Source: a virus
DNA: 64,000 nt
Direction: 5' to 3' (one strand)
IMG/VR virus record: IMGVR_UViG_3300029049_000007
Coordinates: 7,712-71,711 of that record
Positions 39,075 through 48,459 of the stretch are shown here, one piece after another (within the stretch, counting starts at the first letter, position 1; each line of letters opens with the position of its first letter). The translations under genes and the position numbers were made by a program. Below the pieces are notes generated by a model. That model saw nothing but the letters and a program-made list of their open reading frames with translations, ran no database searches and was not told the DNA's origin.

Positions 39075-40904
39075 TTAAGCTATATCTTCAAGTCTTATCG
39101 GTTCATCCGAGAAAACAAGAGGTTGAGTATCTTCTCTTTCGCTTACACATCTACAGCATATGCCTTCTTCAAAGTCGAAATCATCGTCCAATACATACTC
39201 TCCGCATTCTTCGCATTGAGAACAATCTTCCTTACATTCGTATTCTCCTGTTTCCGATACGAACACATATCCTCCTCTTCTTGCACATTCTCCGCAACAA
39301 AATGTGGTTCCGTCACTTGTTGTAACTGCATCTTCTGTTCCGATTCTAACCCATTCATCACACCAGTAACACTGTTCAAATTCATCTCTATTTTCTAAGC
39401 AGCTATCGCATACACTCCCAAATCCGGATATATATTCAAGCTCATTATTAGGGCACAAGTCTCCGCATTCTTCGCATCTTGAGCAACAATCTTCGCAATA
39501 ATAGTCGTCTCCGATTAAATACATGTCGTTTTCGTTAAAAGAATATCCACAATCTGCACATGTTCTTCTTTCATTGAAGCACTCTGCACAAGTCATCGTT
39601 TCTTGTTCATCATGTTCATCTCCACAACACGGGCAAATTCCGCTATGGCCCACATCTATTCTTCTCACTTCGTTGATGTTTTTTCCTGCAAGTAAAGATA
39701 CGTTACAGTTCCCGTAGTTAAAATAATCAGCATAATTAGCTCCGCAATGGCAAATAACTTTCTCGCAGTTACTTCTTCCCTTTAATGGTTTCTGCCAAAG
39801 ATTTGCAACGCCCCAAGAATCGGAAATGATTTTCTGCATAATATTTCTGATGGAGCGATAAATAGAATTCTCCCCATCATTATCCTGTGGATATACTCTC
39901 CCTTGCACAAAATACTCTTTTCTTGGGTCAATATGGAACATGCAGCGATTAATTTTATCTTGCAATTCAAATTCTTCGCCGTCATACTGCTTATCAACCG
40001 TATAGAATACAACGCTTACTCCATCAAGCATATAGCTGATTGTGCCTCCGCTATAGCAGCCGGAATAATTTTCGTTTCCACGTCTAATATTCTTTTTGTC
40101 TATTGTGTGACAAGAAGCCCATGAATTTCCAAAGCTCATAGTATAATAATCGACGGGGTTCCAAGAAATGATTGTATGTCTCACGATATTTAAAGGATTT
40201 ACCGCATCGCACAGCTTTGCGTATTCTCTGTTGTAATCCGGACACTTATCAATACCTAATTTTTTGCACATTTTTCCGATGGCTCTCGACTTCTTTTGTC
40301 CTTCTCTTGCTCGAATGTCTGGGAATTCCTCATTAATTTCTTGTGCGGCTTGTTCAATCAAGAGGTGAGTTTTCCCTAATTCTAACGCACGGCGAAAAAC
40401 TGAGTAAAATCTATGTACTTTATCAAAAGCTTCTGTTTTGAGATATACCACTTCTCCGCTTTTTCTTTTATGTATACTGTCATAACCCGAAAGTAATCTC
40501 CTACCAAGCCACTCTTTATAAGTTGCTACTTCTTCAGGATAACTTTCTTCATTGTCTATTAATCTATCAAAAACCCAAGCGAGAAATTCTGAGACAATAC
40601 TCATATCAATTTCTCTATTGTAGTCAGAATCAAAAACTATCTGGAATTTTCCTGGCACATAATTCGGATGGTTTCCGAAAAGCTGAGTCATTGCTCTTCC
40701 CTTGTTTTCCCACCAAGCATCTACGACTTTTTCAACTCCATATGTCGTAGATTTGTATTCATACTCATGATGAAGGTCTAAGATTTCATCAATCAATGCC
40801 GCTCTTACTTCCGGTGCAAGTTCCATTTTATCCGGGTTCGTCAACCGTGCGTTTTCTTCTACTGAAATTTCTTCATTTACTTTCTGTAAAAAATCATTAT
40901 TCAT
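39075..40904 (-). CDS. large protein with a C-terminal array of CxxC zinc-ribbon-like repeats
   Basis: 609 aa. The last 200 aa or so carry at least eight CxxC/CxxxC pairs (ICPCCGDEHDE...CAECF...CADCGY...CEDCCSRCEECGDLC...CDSC...CYWCDEW...CCGECARRG...CSQCEECGEY...CCRC). The N-terminal 400 aa have no assignable motif. Confidence 0.45.
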   Translation of the reverse strand: MNNDFLQKVNEEISVEENARLTNPDKMELAPEVRAALIDEILDLHHEYEYKSTTYGVEKVVDAWWENKGRAMTQLFGNHPNYVPGKFQIVFDSDYNREIDMSIVSEFLAWVFDRLIDNEESYPEEVATYKEWLGRRLLSGYDSIHKRKSGEVVYLKTEAFDKVHRFYSVFRRALELGKTHLLIEQAAQEINEEFPDIRAREGQKKSRAIGKMCKKLGIDKCPDYNREYAKLCDAVNPLNIVRHTIISWNPVDYYTMSFGNSWASCHTIDKKNIRRGNENYSGCYSGGTISYMLDGVSVVFYTVDKQYDGEEFELQDKINRCMFHIDPRKEYFVQGRVYPQDNDGENSIYRSIRNIMQKIISDSWGVANLWQKPLKGRSNCEKVICHCGANYADYFNYGNCNVSLLAGKNINEVRRIDVGHSGICPCCGDEHDEQETMTCAECFNERRTCADCGYSFNENDMYLIGDDYYCEDCCSRCEECGDLCPNNELEYISGFGSVCDSCLENRDEFEQCYWCDEWVRIGTEDAVTTSDGTTFCCGECARRGGYVFVSETGEYECKEDCSQCEECGEYVLDDDFDFEEGICCRCVSEREDTQPLVFSDEPIRLEDIA

Positions 40905-41012
40905 AGTAATTTCCCTTTCTTTTTATTTATTTCGCTTACATCTATTACTTCTGGAAATGAATCAAATTTTTGTACAAAAAAAGAGCCGCTTTCGCAGCCC
41001 TAATATTTTTGC

Positions 41013-41525
41013 TTATTCAGCTATTCCGAAGTAATATTTCTTAATTCGTTCTTCTCCAATTGCTTGAATCATTTTTCTGATAACTTCCCGTGAAGATGCA
41101 CAGAGTTCTTTTTGACATCTCATTGGGTTGTGAAATACACCGCAATATATTTTGTTATCCTTTAAGTCGTATGTTAAAATATACCTGAGTTCGTTATCGT
41201 CCGCCCAATCAATTTCCTTATCATCATTTTCCGTAATGAACTCCTTGATTTCGTGGATTACTTTTAATCGTTCCACCTCAAATTCCGCAGCTTCTCTTGT
41301 TGGAAAAGCATTTCCTAAAAGGAATCTATTTTCATCGGATGGGTTGCCCGGAACAAAATCTTTCTCCCATACTTCACCTGATGAGCCTATAAAGAAAAAG
41401 ATTTCTTCACTCCTCATATTTTCAAAGCAAAATCTTTTAGGCTTATTTGCCTTTTCAACCAACGATAAAAGCTGTTTTCTCTCTACTTCCGACAAATTTT
41501 CCATATTTAAAGTAATTGTATCCAT
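41013..41525 (-). CDS. hypothetical protein
   Basis: 170 aa. Minus-strand terminator downstream (about 40975-41000, GAAA-loop hairpin plus T7). Confidence 0.4.
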   Translation of the reverse strand: MDTITLNMENLSEVERKQLLSLVEKANKPKRFCFENMRSEEIFFFIGSSGEVWEKDFVPGNPSDENRFLLGNAFPTREAAEFEVERLKVIHEIKEFITENDDKEIDWADDNELRYILTYDLKDNKIYCGVFHNPMRCQKELCASSREVIRKMIQAIGEERIKKYYFGIAE

Positions 41526-41526
41526 A

Positions 41527-41856
41527 TTATTCTCCTAATCCGAAATATTTTCTAAACTCGTCTATTGAGCTTGCGTTGTAAAAAATATCCTCCATTCCTT
41601 GCTCACAAATCTCGTCATATTCCGCCGATTCCTCATATATCTGTTCAGCTATTTTGCAGACAATATCTTCCGGAGGTTTCTTCATTCCTAATTTAACGCT
41701 CAAAAAGCTTTCTGCTGTATGTATCGCTGATAACTGCTCTGGATAATCTAGGTAATGCTTAATCTGTTCAAGCATCTCCCTTTCCTGCTCGTTCTCGCAT
41801 TTCGCCACTCTATCCAGAAAAACTTTCATCTCTTCGGAATTATCGTACCTAAACAT
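41527..41856 (-). CDS. hypothetical protein
   Basis: 109-aa ORF in the array. Confidence 0.4.
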   Translation of the reverse strand: MFRYDNSEEMKVFLDRVAKCENEQEREMLEQIKHYLDYPEQLSAIHTAESFLSVKLGMKKPPEDIVCKIAEQIYEESAEYDEICEQGMEDIFYNASSIDEFRKYFGLGE

Positions 41857-41868
41857 AAAGCACCTCCT

Positions 41869-42123
41869 TTAAGCCGCTTTTGTAACTCTCTTATCGTACT
41901 GCTCAATCTGCTGAATTATTCGCGGCAATAACTTCTGATAGCCGATATCGTAGCAATAATCAGATTTTCGGCTACTCCCTTTATAATAGGAAGGAACTCT
42001 TTTCTTCGAAACTTCCGCCTCTAATTCCTCAATGAATTTGTTGCCATCAATTTTCAGTCTAAAATCGAAAATTAAACTTCTTAAATCTTCTTCCGCTGTT
42101 CCGCTCAGGATTTTTCGCTGCAT
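41869..42123 (-). CDS. hypothetical protein
   Basis: 84-aa ORF in the array. Confidence 0.35.
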   Translation of the reverse strand: MQRKILSGTAEEDLRSLIFDFRLKIDGNKFIEELEAEVSKKRVPSYYKGSSRKSDYCYDIGYQKLLPRIIQQIEQYDKRVTKAA

Positions 42124-42250
42124 CTCGCTTTCCTCCTTGCTCGAATCTCTCTCTTAATCGAAAGATCGTTTTCCCTTTTTCTGCGATGACTTCTCTTGTG
42201 AGTCACAAAATCACTCCCCTGAGATTCCTTCGGGATAAAATTCATAATTG

Positions 42251-42523
42251 TCATGCAAGCACCTCCAGTTCGCTTAATGCGTTTTCAATTAAATTAATTG
42301 CTTCGTTATCATCGACTCTGTATTTTTCCCACCAAGAAGAAATATCTTCTCTGTCGAATACAATGTCTCTTACTAAAGCCGACAAATACACGCCAAAATC
42401 CTTATACCTCGCCGTTTTCTTGAGAATTTTTGCATATTCCCTTAGATTGTCGAGACCGGACTGCTCCAGCCGCATTTTTATCGTAGATTTTAACTCCGCT
42501 TTTTTCTCTGCCAATGTTCCCAC
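42251..42523 (-). CDS. hypothetical protein
   Basis: 90-aa ORF in the array. Confidence 0.35.
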   Translation of the reverse strand: MGTLAEKKAELKSTIKMRLEQSGLDNLREYAKILKKTARYKDFGVYLSALVRDIVFDREDISSWWEKYRVDDNEAINLIENALSELEVLA

Positions 42524-42531
42524 CTCCCTTT

Positions 42532-42804
42532 TTACGCATATTTTTTAGCAAAATAATCGTCGTAATCCTCGTATCCGTCAGACATCATGATTTTATCGAG
42601 CTCTTTTCTTGCTTCTATCACAATGAACTGGCGTGAAAGAATATCTGCCGCCAATTTTTCTGCTTCATATTCATCTTCTGTATTTGACAGAATATTTTTT
42701 AAGTTTCTGATTTCGCTTTTATTGCGACGAATTCTATCTTCTAAGCGTTCGATTTTATTCATCATAAAACCCCTTTCTCTTAAATTATTGCAATAAAAAA
42801 GCAC
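42532..42804 (-). CDS. hypothetical coiled-coil protein
   Basis: 90-aa ORF in the array. Confidence 0.35.
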   Translation of the reverse strand: MLFYCNNLRERGFMMNKIERLEDRIRRNKSEIRNLKNILSNTEDEYEAEKLAADILSRQFIVIEARKELDKIMMSDGYEDYDDYFAKKYA

Positions 42805-42838
42805 CCCACATAATCGCAGGATGCTTGATTGCCTATAT

Positions 42839-43213
42839 TTACTTTAAAGAAACATCATCAATGGCTATTATTTTCTTTACATAATTGCCATTTCTCAGTT
42901 TTTCTAGGTTGATTTCTATTTTTACCTTTTCACCTTTCATATCTTTTAATTCATTATATACCAGTTCATCATCAACAGTGTAAGCAACACCGTCATAGGT
43001 GACTGTGACCTTGTATTCCGGTGGGTACCGCAACAAACTTATAGCTTTTTTAAGCGGCTCTTCCGGCCTTCTTTTACTCAGGTGATAAACGTCCGTAATA
43101 ACACCTTCGCCGTTTATTCTTTCCCAATAAACACACTGAGTCGAATATGTTCTAAACGCAACTACAGCAACAACGACAAGACAAATAATAGCAATGATTT
43201 TCTTTTTACTCAT
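42839..43213 (-). CDS. membrane-anchored/secreted protein
   Basis: 124 aa. N-terminal hydrophobic segment KKIIAIICLVVVAVVAF. Confidence 0.4.
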   Translation of the reverse strand: MSKKKIIAIICLVVVAVVAFRTYSTQCVYWERINGEGVITDVYHLSKRRPEEPLKKAISLLRYPPEYKVTVTYDGVAYTVDDELVYNELKDMKGEKVKIEINLEKLRNGNYVKKIIAIDDVSLK

Positions 43214-43248
43214 CTTCTTACTCCTCCTTTTTTTGTTTATCTTATCAT

Positions 43249-43458
43249 TTAATTTGCCGCCTGTCTATTTTCCATCTTCGCTTCTTCAAGCGCCGTAACA
43301 ACTAATGTATGAGACTGAGCAATAGCACAATTCGAACAGTTAATATGCAAACCTCTTGAGCAACAAATATGACAAGAATTTTCGAAGCTCCATTTTGCAT
43401 AATCTATATCGTATGCCTGCATTTGGTATTTCTGACCGATTTCTTCAAACTTCGTCAT
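43249..43458 (-). CDS. small Cys-rich protein
   Basis: 69 aa with CHICCSRGLHINCSNC. Confidence 0.35.
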   Translation of the reverse strand: MTKFEEIGQKYQMQAYDIDYAKWSFENSCHICCSRGLHINCSNCAIAQSHTLVVTALEEAKMENRQAAN

Positions 43459-43747
43459 CTTCTCTCGCCTCCCTGTAGTCTCTTATTGTATCTGCAATAA
43501 TGATTCCGACTGTCGAAATAAAAAACACCATCGCCGGAATTAAATATTTTGTTTCATATGTATTGGCAAACGCTACTCCAAAGTAAATCATGAGAATCAT
43601 ACTGAGTAGCGATAAAATTTCCTTTTTCATGTTTCCCCTCCTGATTTTGAGCATAAAAATAGCGCCGCTTTCTGTTGCGACGCAATCAATTAAAAGGCTA
43701 TTGTTTAAGGGAGCGCGGCAAGGAGTAATGAAGTCGCGATTCCCCAT
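43445..43747 (-). CDS. small membrane protein (true start probably the internal Met MKKEIL)
   Basis: Two TM helices in the C-terminal 60 aa. Confidence 0.3.
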   Translation of the reverse strand: MGNRDFITPCRAPLNNSLLIDCVATESGAIFMLKIRRGNMKKEILSLLSMILMIYFGVAFANTYETKYLIPAMVFFISTVGIIIADTIRDYREAREDDEV

Positions 43748-43908
43748 GAAAGTCCTATTAGTACAGATATATATATACCTACATCAAATTCCTCGTATTC
43801 TTTACGTAATTTAACGAAATAGTATATTACATATCCTATCGACCATACGGCGAAAGCAACACCTTGTAAATACGTTAAACATATCATTATCCAATAAAAC
43901 ACTTTCAT
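43705..43908 (-). CDS. small two-TM membrane protein
   Basis: 67 aa, all hydrophobic helices. Confidence 0.3.
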   Translation of the reverse strand: MKVFYWIMICLTYLQGVAFAVWSIGYVIYYFVKLRKEYEEFDVGIYISVLIGLSWGIATSLLLAALP

Positions 43909-43987
43909 TCTAATTCTCCCTTCCTTTTTAATTTTGACGTAAACACCTATGTTCTTTGCCGAAGCATAGCAGTCGAATTATATTTAA

Positions 43988-44353
43988 TTATAAATCTTCG
44001 CCTTTAAGAACCTCTCTATTTTTGAGATTATCTTTTAATGCGCTGATTTCGTCTCTCGCTTCTTGTCTTGCCTTTTCAATCTCCGGATTATACATATCGT
44101 TGAGAAGCGCTTTCATAATGGAGACTAAATCCTTTTCGTCTTCTTTTGTAAGATACTGGAATTCAGATAATTTAAGTACGCGTTTCTTATAAACAAGTTC
44201 GTATTCTTGTTTTGTCGTATGCCGGAATAGCATCCCCTTTTGAAGATTATAGTCTATTTCGCGAGACATATCTAATATCCACTCAGAATTTGGAATTTGC
44301 ATTGGGCACCACTCTCGTTTCACTTCTTTTCTCTTGAAAAATTTTGGAATCAT
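43988..44353 (-). CDS. hypothetical protein
   Basis: 121 aa. Overlaps the next gene by 4 nt. Confidence 0.4.
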   Translation of the reverse strand: MIPKFFKRKEVKREWCPMQIPNSEWILDMSREIDYNLQKGMLFRHTTKQEYELVYKKRVLKLSEFQYLTKEDEKDLVSIMKALLNDMYNPEIEKARQEARDEISALKDNLKNREVLKGEDL

Positions 44354-44973
44354 TCTGACTCTCCTTTCTTGCGTTCTTTCAGTTCGCTTCTGGTTTTATC
44401 ACATTTAGCAAAAGTTATTTTAATTTTCCCTTCTTCTACATCTTTCGGCAGTTCCACCACTAATTCATCTCCAATTAATCGAACTCGCTGCTTTAAATAT
44501 TCTTTCGCTTGCTCAATTTCCCCGTAATAAACTGCTTCGTAAAGAGCACGGACTTCTTTATTGTCCGTCATAGAATCAAAATCGCAGCTTCCTCTATTTG
44601 CCATAATACAGTTTTTACATCCAACAAGATTACAGTACGTCTTAAGGTCTTCTTTCCTACTTTTATTATCGATTTCTTTGTTCGCCCAATCTTCAAGAAC
44701 CCCTTCTCTTAAAAGTATCCTGCAAAGCTGACGTGCTTTTGCTTCGCTAACATTCCAAATCTGAGTAGTTCTGTAAAATGAGCAATATTCTTCGAGTGGG
44801 CAAAACTCACAATCATCCATTATTTCAAAACTGCATAATGTAGCTAATATCTTTCTCATTTCCTTAAATTCCATGTGCGGAAGCTCCGGCAGATTCCCTG
44901 TATCATTTCTCTTTTCTGGCATCTCATTGGCTTCTTCCGATTTTCTTTTCTTCAATATGTCAAATAATCTCAT
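44350..44973 (-). CDS. Cys-rich hypothetical protein
   Basis: 207 aa with CSFEIMDDCEFCPLEEYC and CKNCIMANRGSC. Weakly similar Cys spacing to 45431-46123. Confidence 0.4.
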   Translation of the reverse strand: MRLFDILKKRKSEEANEMPEKRNDTGNLPELPHMEFKEMRKILATLCSFEIMDDCEFCPLEEYCSFYRTTQIWNVSEAKARQLCRILLREGVLEDWANKEIDNKSRKEDLKTYCNLVGCKNCIMANRGSCDFDSMTDNKEVRALYEAVYYGEIEQAKEYLKQRVRLIGDELVVELPKDVEEGKIKITFAKCDKTRSELKERKKGESE

Positions 44974-45069
44974 GAATATCCCCCCATTACTTTATCTTTG
45001 CTAAATGTTGCATTTTTTGACTCTTTTTATTTTTAACTAACCTCATATATGATACCATAAAATCTCTTC

Positions 45070-45447
45070 TTATTCTAATGATACAATTCGAACTTTCGCG
45101 CTTCCATCATCGTAACGCTTTGTTTCTAATTTCCCTTTTGCGGTTTTGCCGATTTTATCCCGGTATTTGTAGTATGTTTCTGAACTGCTAAGAGAATATT
45201 CCACAGAATCATACTCCACGACTGTATTGTATGACGCAGGAACAACTCTAATTGACGTTGTTTTCCCTACTCTTACTGGATATGAATAAGCCGATCTGCT
45301 TTCTGCATCCGTAATCTTCACTGGAACATACTCATATTCTGTTGACACGCATTTTTTGCAGCCAGTTAACGTCATAGATATGATTACTGCCGCAAAAATC
45401 GCTACCAATATTAACTTCATGGGATTCATATTATTTCTGTACGCCAC
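45070..45447 (-). CDS. putative lipoprotein
   Basis: 125 aa. Signal peptide ending in a lipobox-like LTGC. Confidence 0.45.
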   Translation of the reverse strand: MAYRNNMNPMKLILVAIFAAVIISMTLTGCKKCVSTEYEYVPVKITDAESRSAYSYPVRVGKTTSIRVVPASYNTVVEYDSVEYSLSSSETYYKYRDKIGKTAKGKLETKRYDDGSAKVRIVSLE

Positions 45448-46123
45448 CGTGCTTTTCTCCCTTCTCTTCTACAAAAACTATTGTAACGCTATCAATTTTT
45501 CTACTTGAAGAAATTTTAATCACAGTTTCGTTTTCCGCTGAATTCTCCAATATAACTGATGGAGTATTTTCCGAATCTGCTCTGCCTTCTATTCTTACTT
45601 TGGTGTCTGTTTTCTCATCCTTTCCATGATTCTGCACGTTTTCCAGTGCTTTTTTGTAAACTTTTCCAATATAGTAATCAGAGATATCTGGCCTATCGAG
45701 ATCAATACTGCGGTCGCATATATTATTCGCACCACAACTAACACAGCTACGTTTTTTGCAATGCTCTAAGAGTTCTTTTCGCTTTTTCATTACTATGTCA
45801 AAGTTTCTATGAATAATTTCTTCTTTATCAAAGCAGGAACAGTCTTCGATATCAACAAGAGCACAAGTTTTACACACGTTATTGCAATGTTGTTTAATCC
45901 ATTGCATCTCATAAATCAGATTCTTTTTATCTTCTCTCTTCATTTCATCTGTCTCAAAAATTAACGCATAGTATATTCCAATTTCTTCTTCATCTATGCG
46001 GTTAAAATTGCAGTACAACCATTTAAAAAGACATCCTCCACATGAAGTTGCTTTGCAATATGAAATCAACTCCTGTCTCATGTCTTCAATTCCAAGAAGA
46101 TTATTTGTTGCCTTTAATCCCAT
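45431..46123 (-). CDS. Cys-rich hypothetical protein
   Basis: 230 aa with multiple CxxC pairs: CGGC, CKTC, CVSC. Confidence 0.4.
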   Translation of the reverse strand: MGLKATNNLLGIEDMRQELISYCKATSCGGCLFKWLYCNFNRIDEEEIGIYYALIFETDEMKREDKKNLIYEMQWIKQHCNNVCKTCALVDIEDCSCFDKEEIIHRNFDIVMKKRKELLEHCKKRSCVSCGANNICDRSIDLDRPDISDYYIGKVYKKALENVQNHGKDEKTDTKVRIEGRADSENTPSVILENSAENETVIKISSSRKIDSVTIVFVEEKGEKHGGVQK

Positions 46124-46203
46124 TTCTCTTCCTCCTTTACCGAATTGAGCTTATTTCCCTTGCTAAATTGCGGTACCACCCTATTTCTCGTTTGCCTTCC
46201 GAT

Positions 46204-46674
46204 TTAGCGGATGAACCCGTTATCTACTACCGCGACTACATCATCTGTGTAATTAGTATTCGGATTCCATATACAGTAGCTAGTAACCCGTTTTCCCTTT
46301 TTAACTCGCCGATTGTATGTAATATACGAGCCTTTTGTCGTGATTCCCCAACTCCGCCGTTTGCCTTTTAGATTTCCCTTTGCGTGCGACTTCAAAACTT
46401 CGACATAAACGACTCTCTTTCCCTTGCGAGTTCGCAGCTTCATCGTGTTTGGTTTCCCTTCTGGAACGAACCGGACTTTATAGCCCGGATAATGCCGCGA
46501 AATATACGTTGTTGCAACAGATAAATCCTTGTTCGTGTTCGCTTTTACGGATACCGGATTAAGCGTAAACATCATAATAGCCGCCAGAATGAACAATGCT
46601 CTCCGCATTGAAATCCTACTCATGTTTTCTCTTACTTCTTCTCCTGTAATTGCCTGCATAAAAGTATTATCCAT
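46204..46674 (-). CDS. secreted basic protein with signal peptide
   Basis: 156 aa. ALFILAAIMMFTLNPVSVKA signal peptide. K/R-rich mature region. Confidence 0.45.
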   Translation of the reverse strand: MDNTFMQAITGEEVRENMSRISMRRALFILAAIMMFTLNPVSVKANTNKDLSVATTYISRHYPGYKVRFVPEGKPNTMKLRTRKGKRVVYVEVLKSHAKGNLKGKRRSWGITTKGSYITYNRRVKKGKRVTSYCIWNPNTNYTDDVVAVVDNGFIR

Positions 46675-46683
46675 TTGTTTTGC

Positions 46684-47073
46684 CTACCTTTCCCATTCAT
46701 ATGCACTGCCGTCATTTGTATAGATGATTAATGTGTTTCCATCTACTTCAAAATCTGTTACAGTATTCATATTAATTGTGTCTTTTGTATTTCCGTTGCT
46801 AAATACTTCTTCTGTATTTGCTTCGGATTTTTCGGCGTTTTTAGTTCCCGATTTTTCGGCAGTTGTAGCTCCCGAATTTTCGCTTGTTGACTCCTTCATG
46901 TTTTCCGTTGTATCTTTTTCTACACTTTTGCTTTTGCTTTCGGTTGTTGCAATAGTTGTTTCCGTCGCCGCTTTGACTTCCTGCCTTTTGGTGTTCGCAG
47001 TTCCAAATCCTGCGATAACTAATAATGCTACTAATCCAATTCCGCAAAATAATGATAATAACTTCTCTAACAT
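46684..47073 (-). CDS. membrane-anchored Ser/Thr/Glu-rich surface protein
   Basis: 129 aa. N-terminal TM helix, then a low-complexity T/S/E/K-rich region. Confidence 0.4.
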   Translation of the reverse strand: MLEKLLSLFCGIGLVALLVIAGFGTANTKRQEVKAATETTIATTESKSKSVEKDTTENMKESTSENSGATTAEKSGTKNAEKSEANTEEVFSNGNTKDTINMNTVTDFEVDGNTLIIYTNDGSAYEWER

Positions 47074-47270
47074 TTCTCTTATCTCCCTTCTGAAAAGGCG
47101 GAGTATTCCCCGCCCCGATTGTTGCGATTACTCCTCTTCGCTTTCATCGTCATTTTCAACGATTTCAAGTCCAAATCCGAGTTCTTCAATTTTTGCTTTA
47201 TCCATATAGATACCTACCTTTCCGGCTATTCCTGCCGGAGTTTATGGAGTCTTATAATCTCACTTCCTTT

Positions 47271-47864
47271 CTATCGGATTCCGTTTGCTACCATTGAACC
47301 AACAACTCCAGTCCAATAAGCTTCGTCCGTATAGCCGCGGAAATTCAGAGTTTCTGTTGTTGTTCCCGGAAGGTCGCGCTGCCCGCCAGTTCCCTTTTTA
47401 GCTTTTCGCTCGTGCTTCATCCAGTTTGCATAATTTTCGCCCGCCGGGTCATAAGCTCGTCTTGTACACTTTCTCCCAGTAATGTTAATAGCGTCATAAA
47501 CGCTTAAGGACAGTGAATTTCTACCGATAATGGTGTCAGACCACTCGTCTAAATCCGGGTCATAACACGATAATCGCATGTATTGGAGATTCTTCTTCTT
47601 GCCGATAAATGAAGATAGGTGAGTATAAGCCCAGATATAGCCATTCCTGTCAAATACCACAATAGAATTTTTTGGCAACTGAAAGTCTTTGAGCTTAATC
47701 GCTACTAAAAGCTGAATCATCTGCCACTTTCGTCCGGCTGTATGCTCTAATACGTCGCAGTGTTCAAGTACTTCTTTCAAGAACTGACACTGAAATGGCG
47801 TAAGAACAAAGTTATAAAGTTGTTGCGTAGAAACACTACGCATGTAAAAGTTATTGTATTTCAT
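47271..47864 (-). CDS. hypothetical protein (start set to second Met after duplicated leader)
   Basis: Track ORF begins MKGANSM. The identical 21-nt ATGAAAGGGGCTAATAGTATG precedes this gene and the next, so the AAAGGGG segment looks like the RBS and the second ATG the real start. Confidence 0.4.
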   Translation of the reverse strand: MKYNNFYMRSVSTQQLYNFVLTPFQCQFLKEVLEHCDVLEHTAGRKWQMIQLLVAIKLKDFQLPKNSIVVFDRNGYIWAYTHLSSFIGKKKNLQYMRLSCYDPDLDEWSDTIIGRNSLSLSVYDAINITGRKCTRRAYDPAGENYANWMKHERKAKKGTGGQRDLPGTTTETLNFRGYTDEAYWTGVVGSMVANGIR

Positions 47865-47898
47865 ACTATTAGCCCCTTTCATGTATGATTGTATATGC

Positions 47899-48237
47899 TT
47901 ATAACGCTACTTCCTGCAAGATAAAGCCGTATGACTTAGGATTGGAATAGCAAAGAGTTACTCTTGGAACGCCTTTTTCACGGCAGACATTCAGAACTGT
48001 GATTAGTTCGGGTGTCGGATGCTCAAGTAAGATTCTTAAATGAACGCACTCATCAAATGTCTTGCTATTGCTGAGATAATCTTTTTTGCGGCAAATATCC
48101 ATAAGGCGGAAAAATATCATCTTTTCGATTAATCGACCGCTAAAATCGCCGCGTGGATTAATGAAGAAAAAGCCGTCTGTAAACGGGAACTTATCTTTGT
48201 TGTCGTAAAGTGATATTGTTAACTGTTTTTCGTGCAT
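47899..48237 (-). CDS. hypothetical protein (start set to second Met after duplicated leader)
   Basis: Same duplicated leader and RBS as 47271-47864. Confidence 0.4.
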   Translation of the reverse strand: MHEKQLTISLYDNKDKFPFTDGFFFINPRGDFSGRLIEKMIFFRLMDICRKKDYLSNSKTFDECVHLRILLEHPTPELITVLNVCREKGVPRVTLCYSNPKSYGFILQEVAL

Positions 48238-48300
48238 ACTATTAGCCCCTTTCATGGTGGATTTTGTTTTCGCGTTGAACGTGACGCACAGGAATTTTTT

Positions 48301-48326
48301 GTAATAAAAAAAGAGCGTATACGCTC
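48301..48326 (-). terminator. intrinsic terminator after gene 48460-49233
   Basis: Perfect palindrome GAGCGTATACGCTC followed on the minus strand by T8. Confidence 0.5.
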
Positions 48327-48406
48327 CTGTGATTGCACGCTAAAAGAGCTGGACAAACCAGCTCTCGTGTGATATTATTTTGGCAAGGCGGTGTTAAAAT
48401 CGAGTG

Positions 48407-48419
48407 GGTGGTGTATCCC
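48407..48419. repeat. inverted copy of the GGGATACACCACC repeat family
   Basis: GGGTGGTGTATCCC read directly. It is the reverse complement of the direct copies at 49364 and 49423. Confidence 0.6.
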
Positions 48420-48459
48420 AAGCCCGATTTTTTGCTAGCACACCGCTTTATTTTTATGT

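Noticed and set aside
9244-47209. Numerous plus-strand track ORFs antisense to leftward genes (for example 9244-9546, 14630-15013, 25707-26120, 46724-47209)
   Set aside because: Each lies wholly inside a longer minus-strand gene with recognisable motifs or coupling, has no RBS, and has a low-complexity translation.
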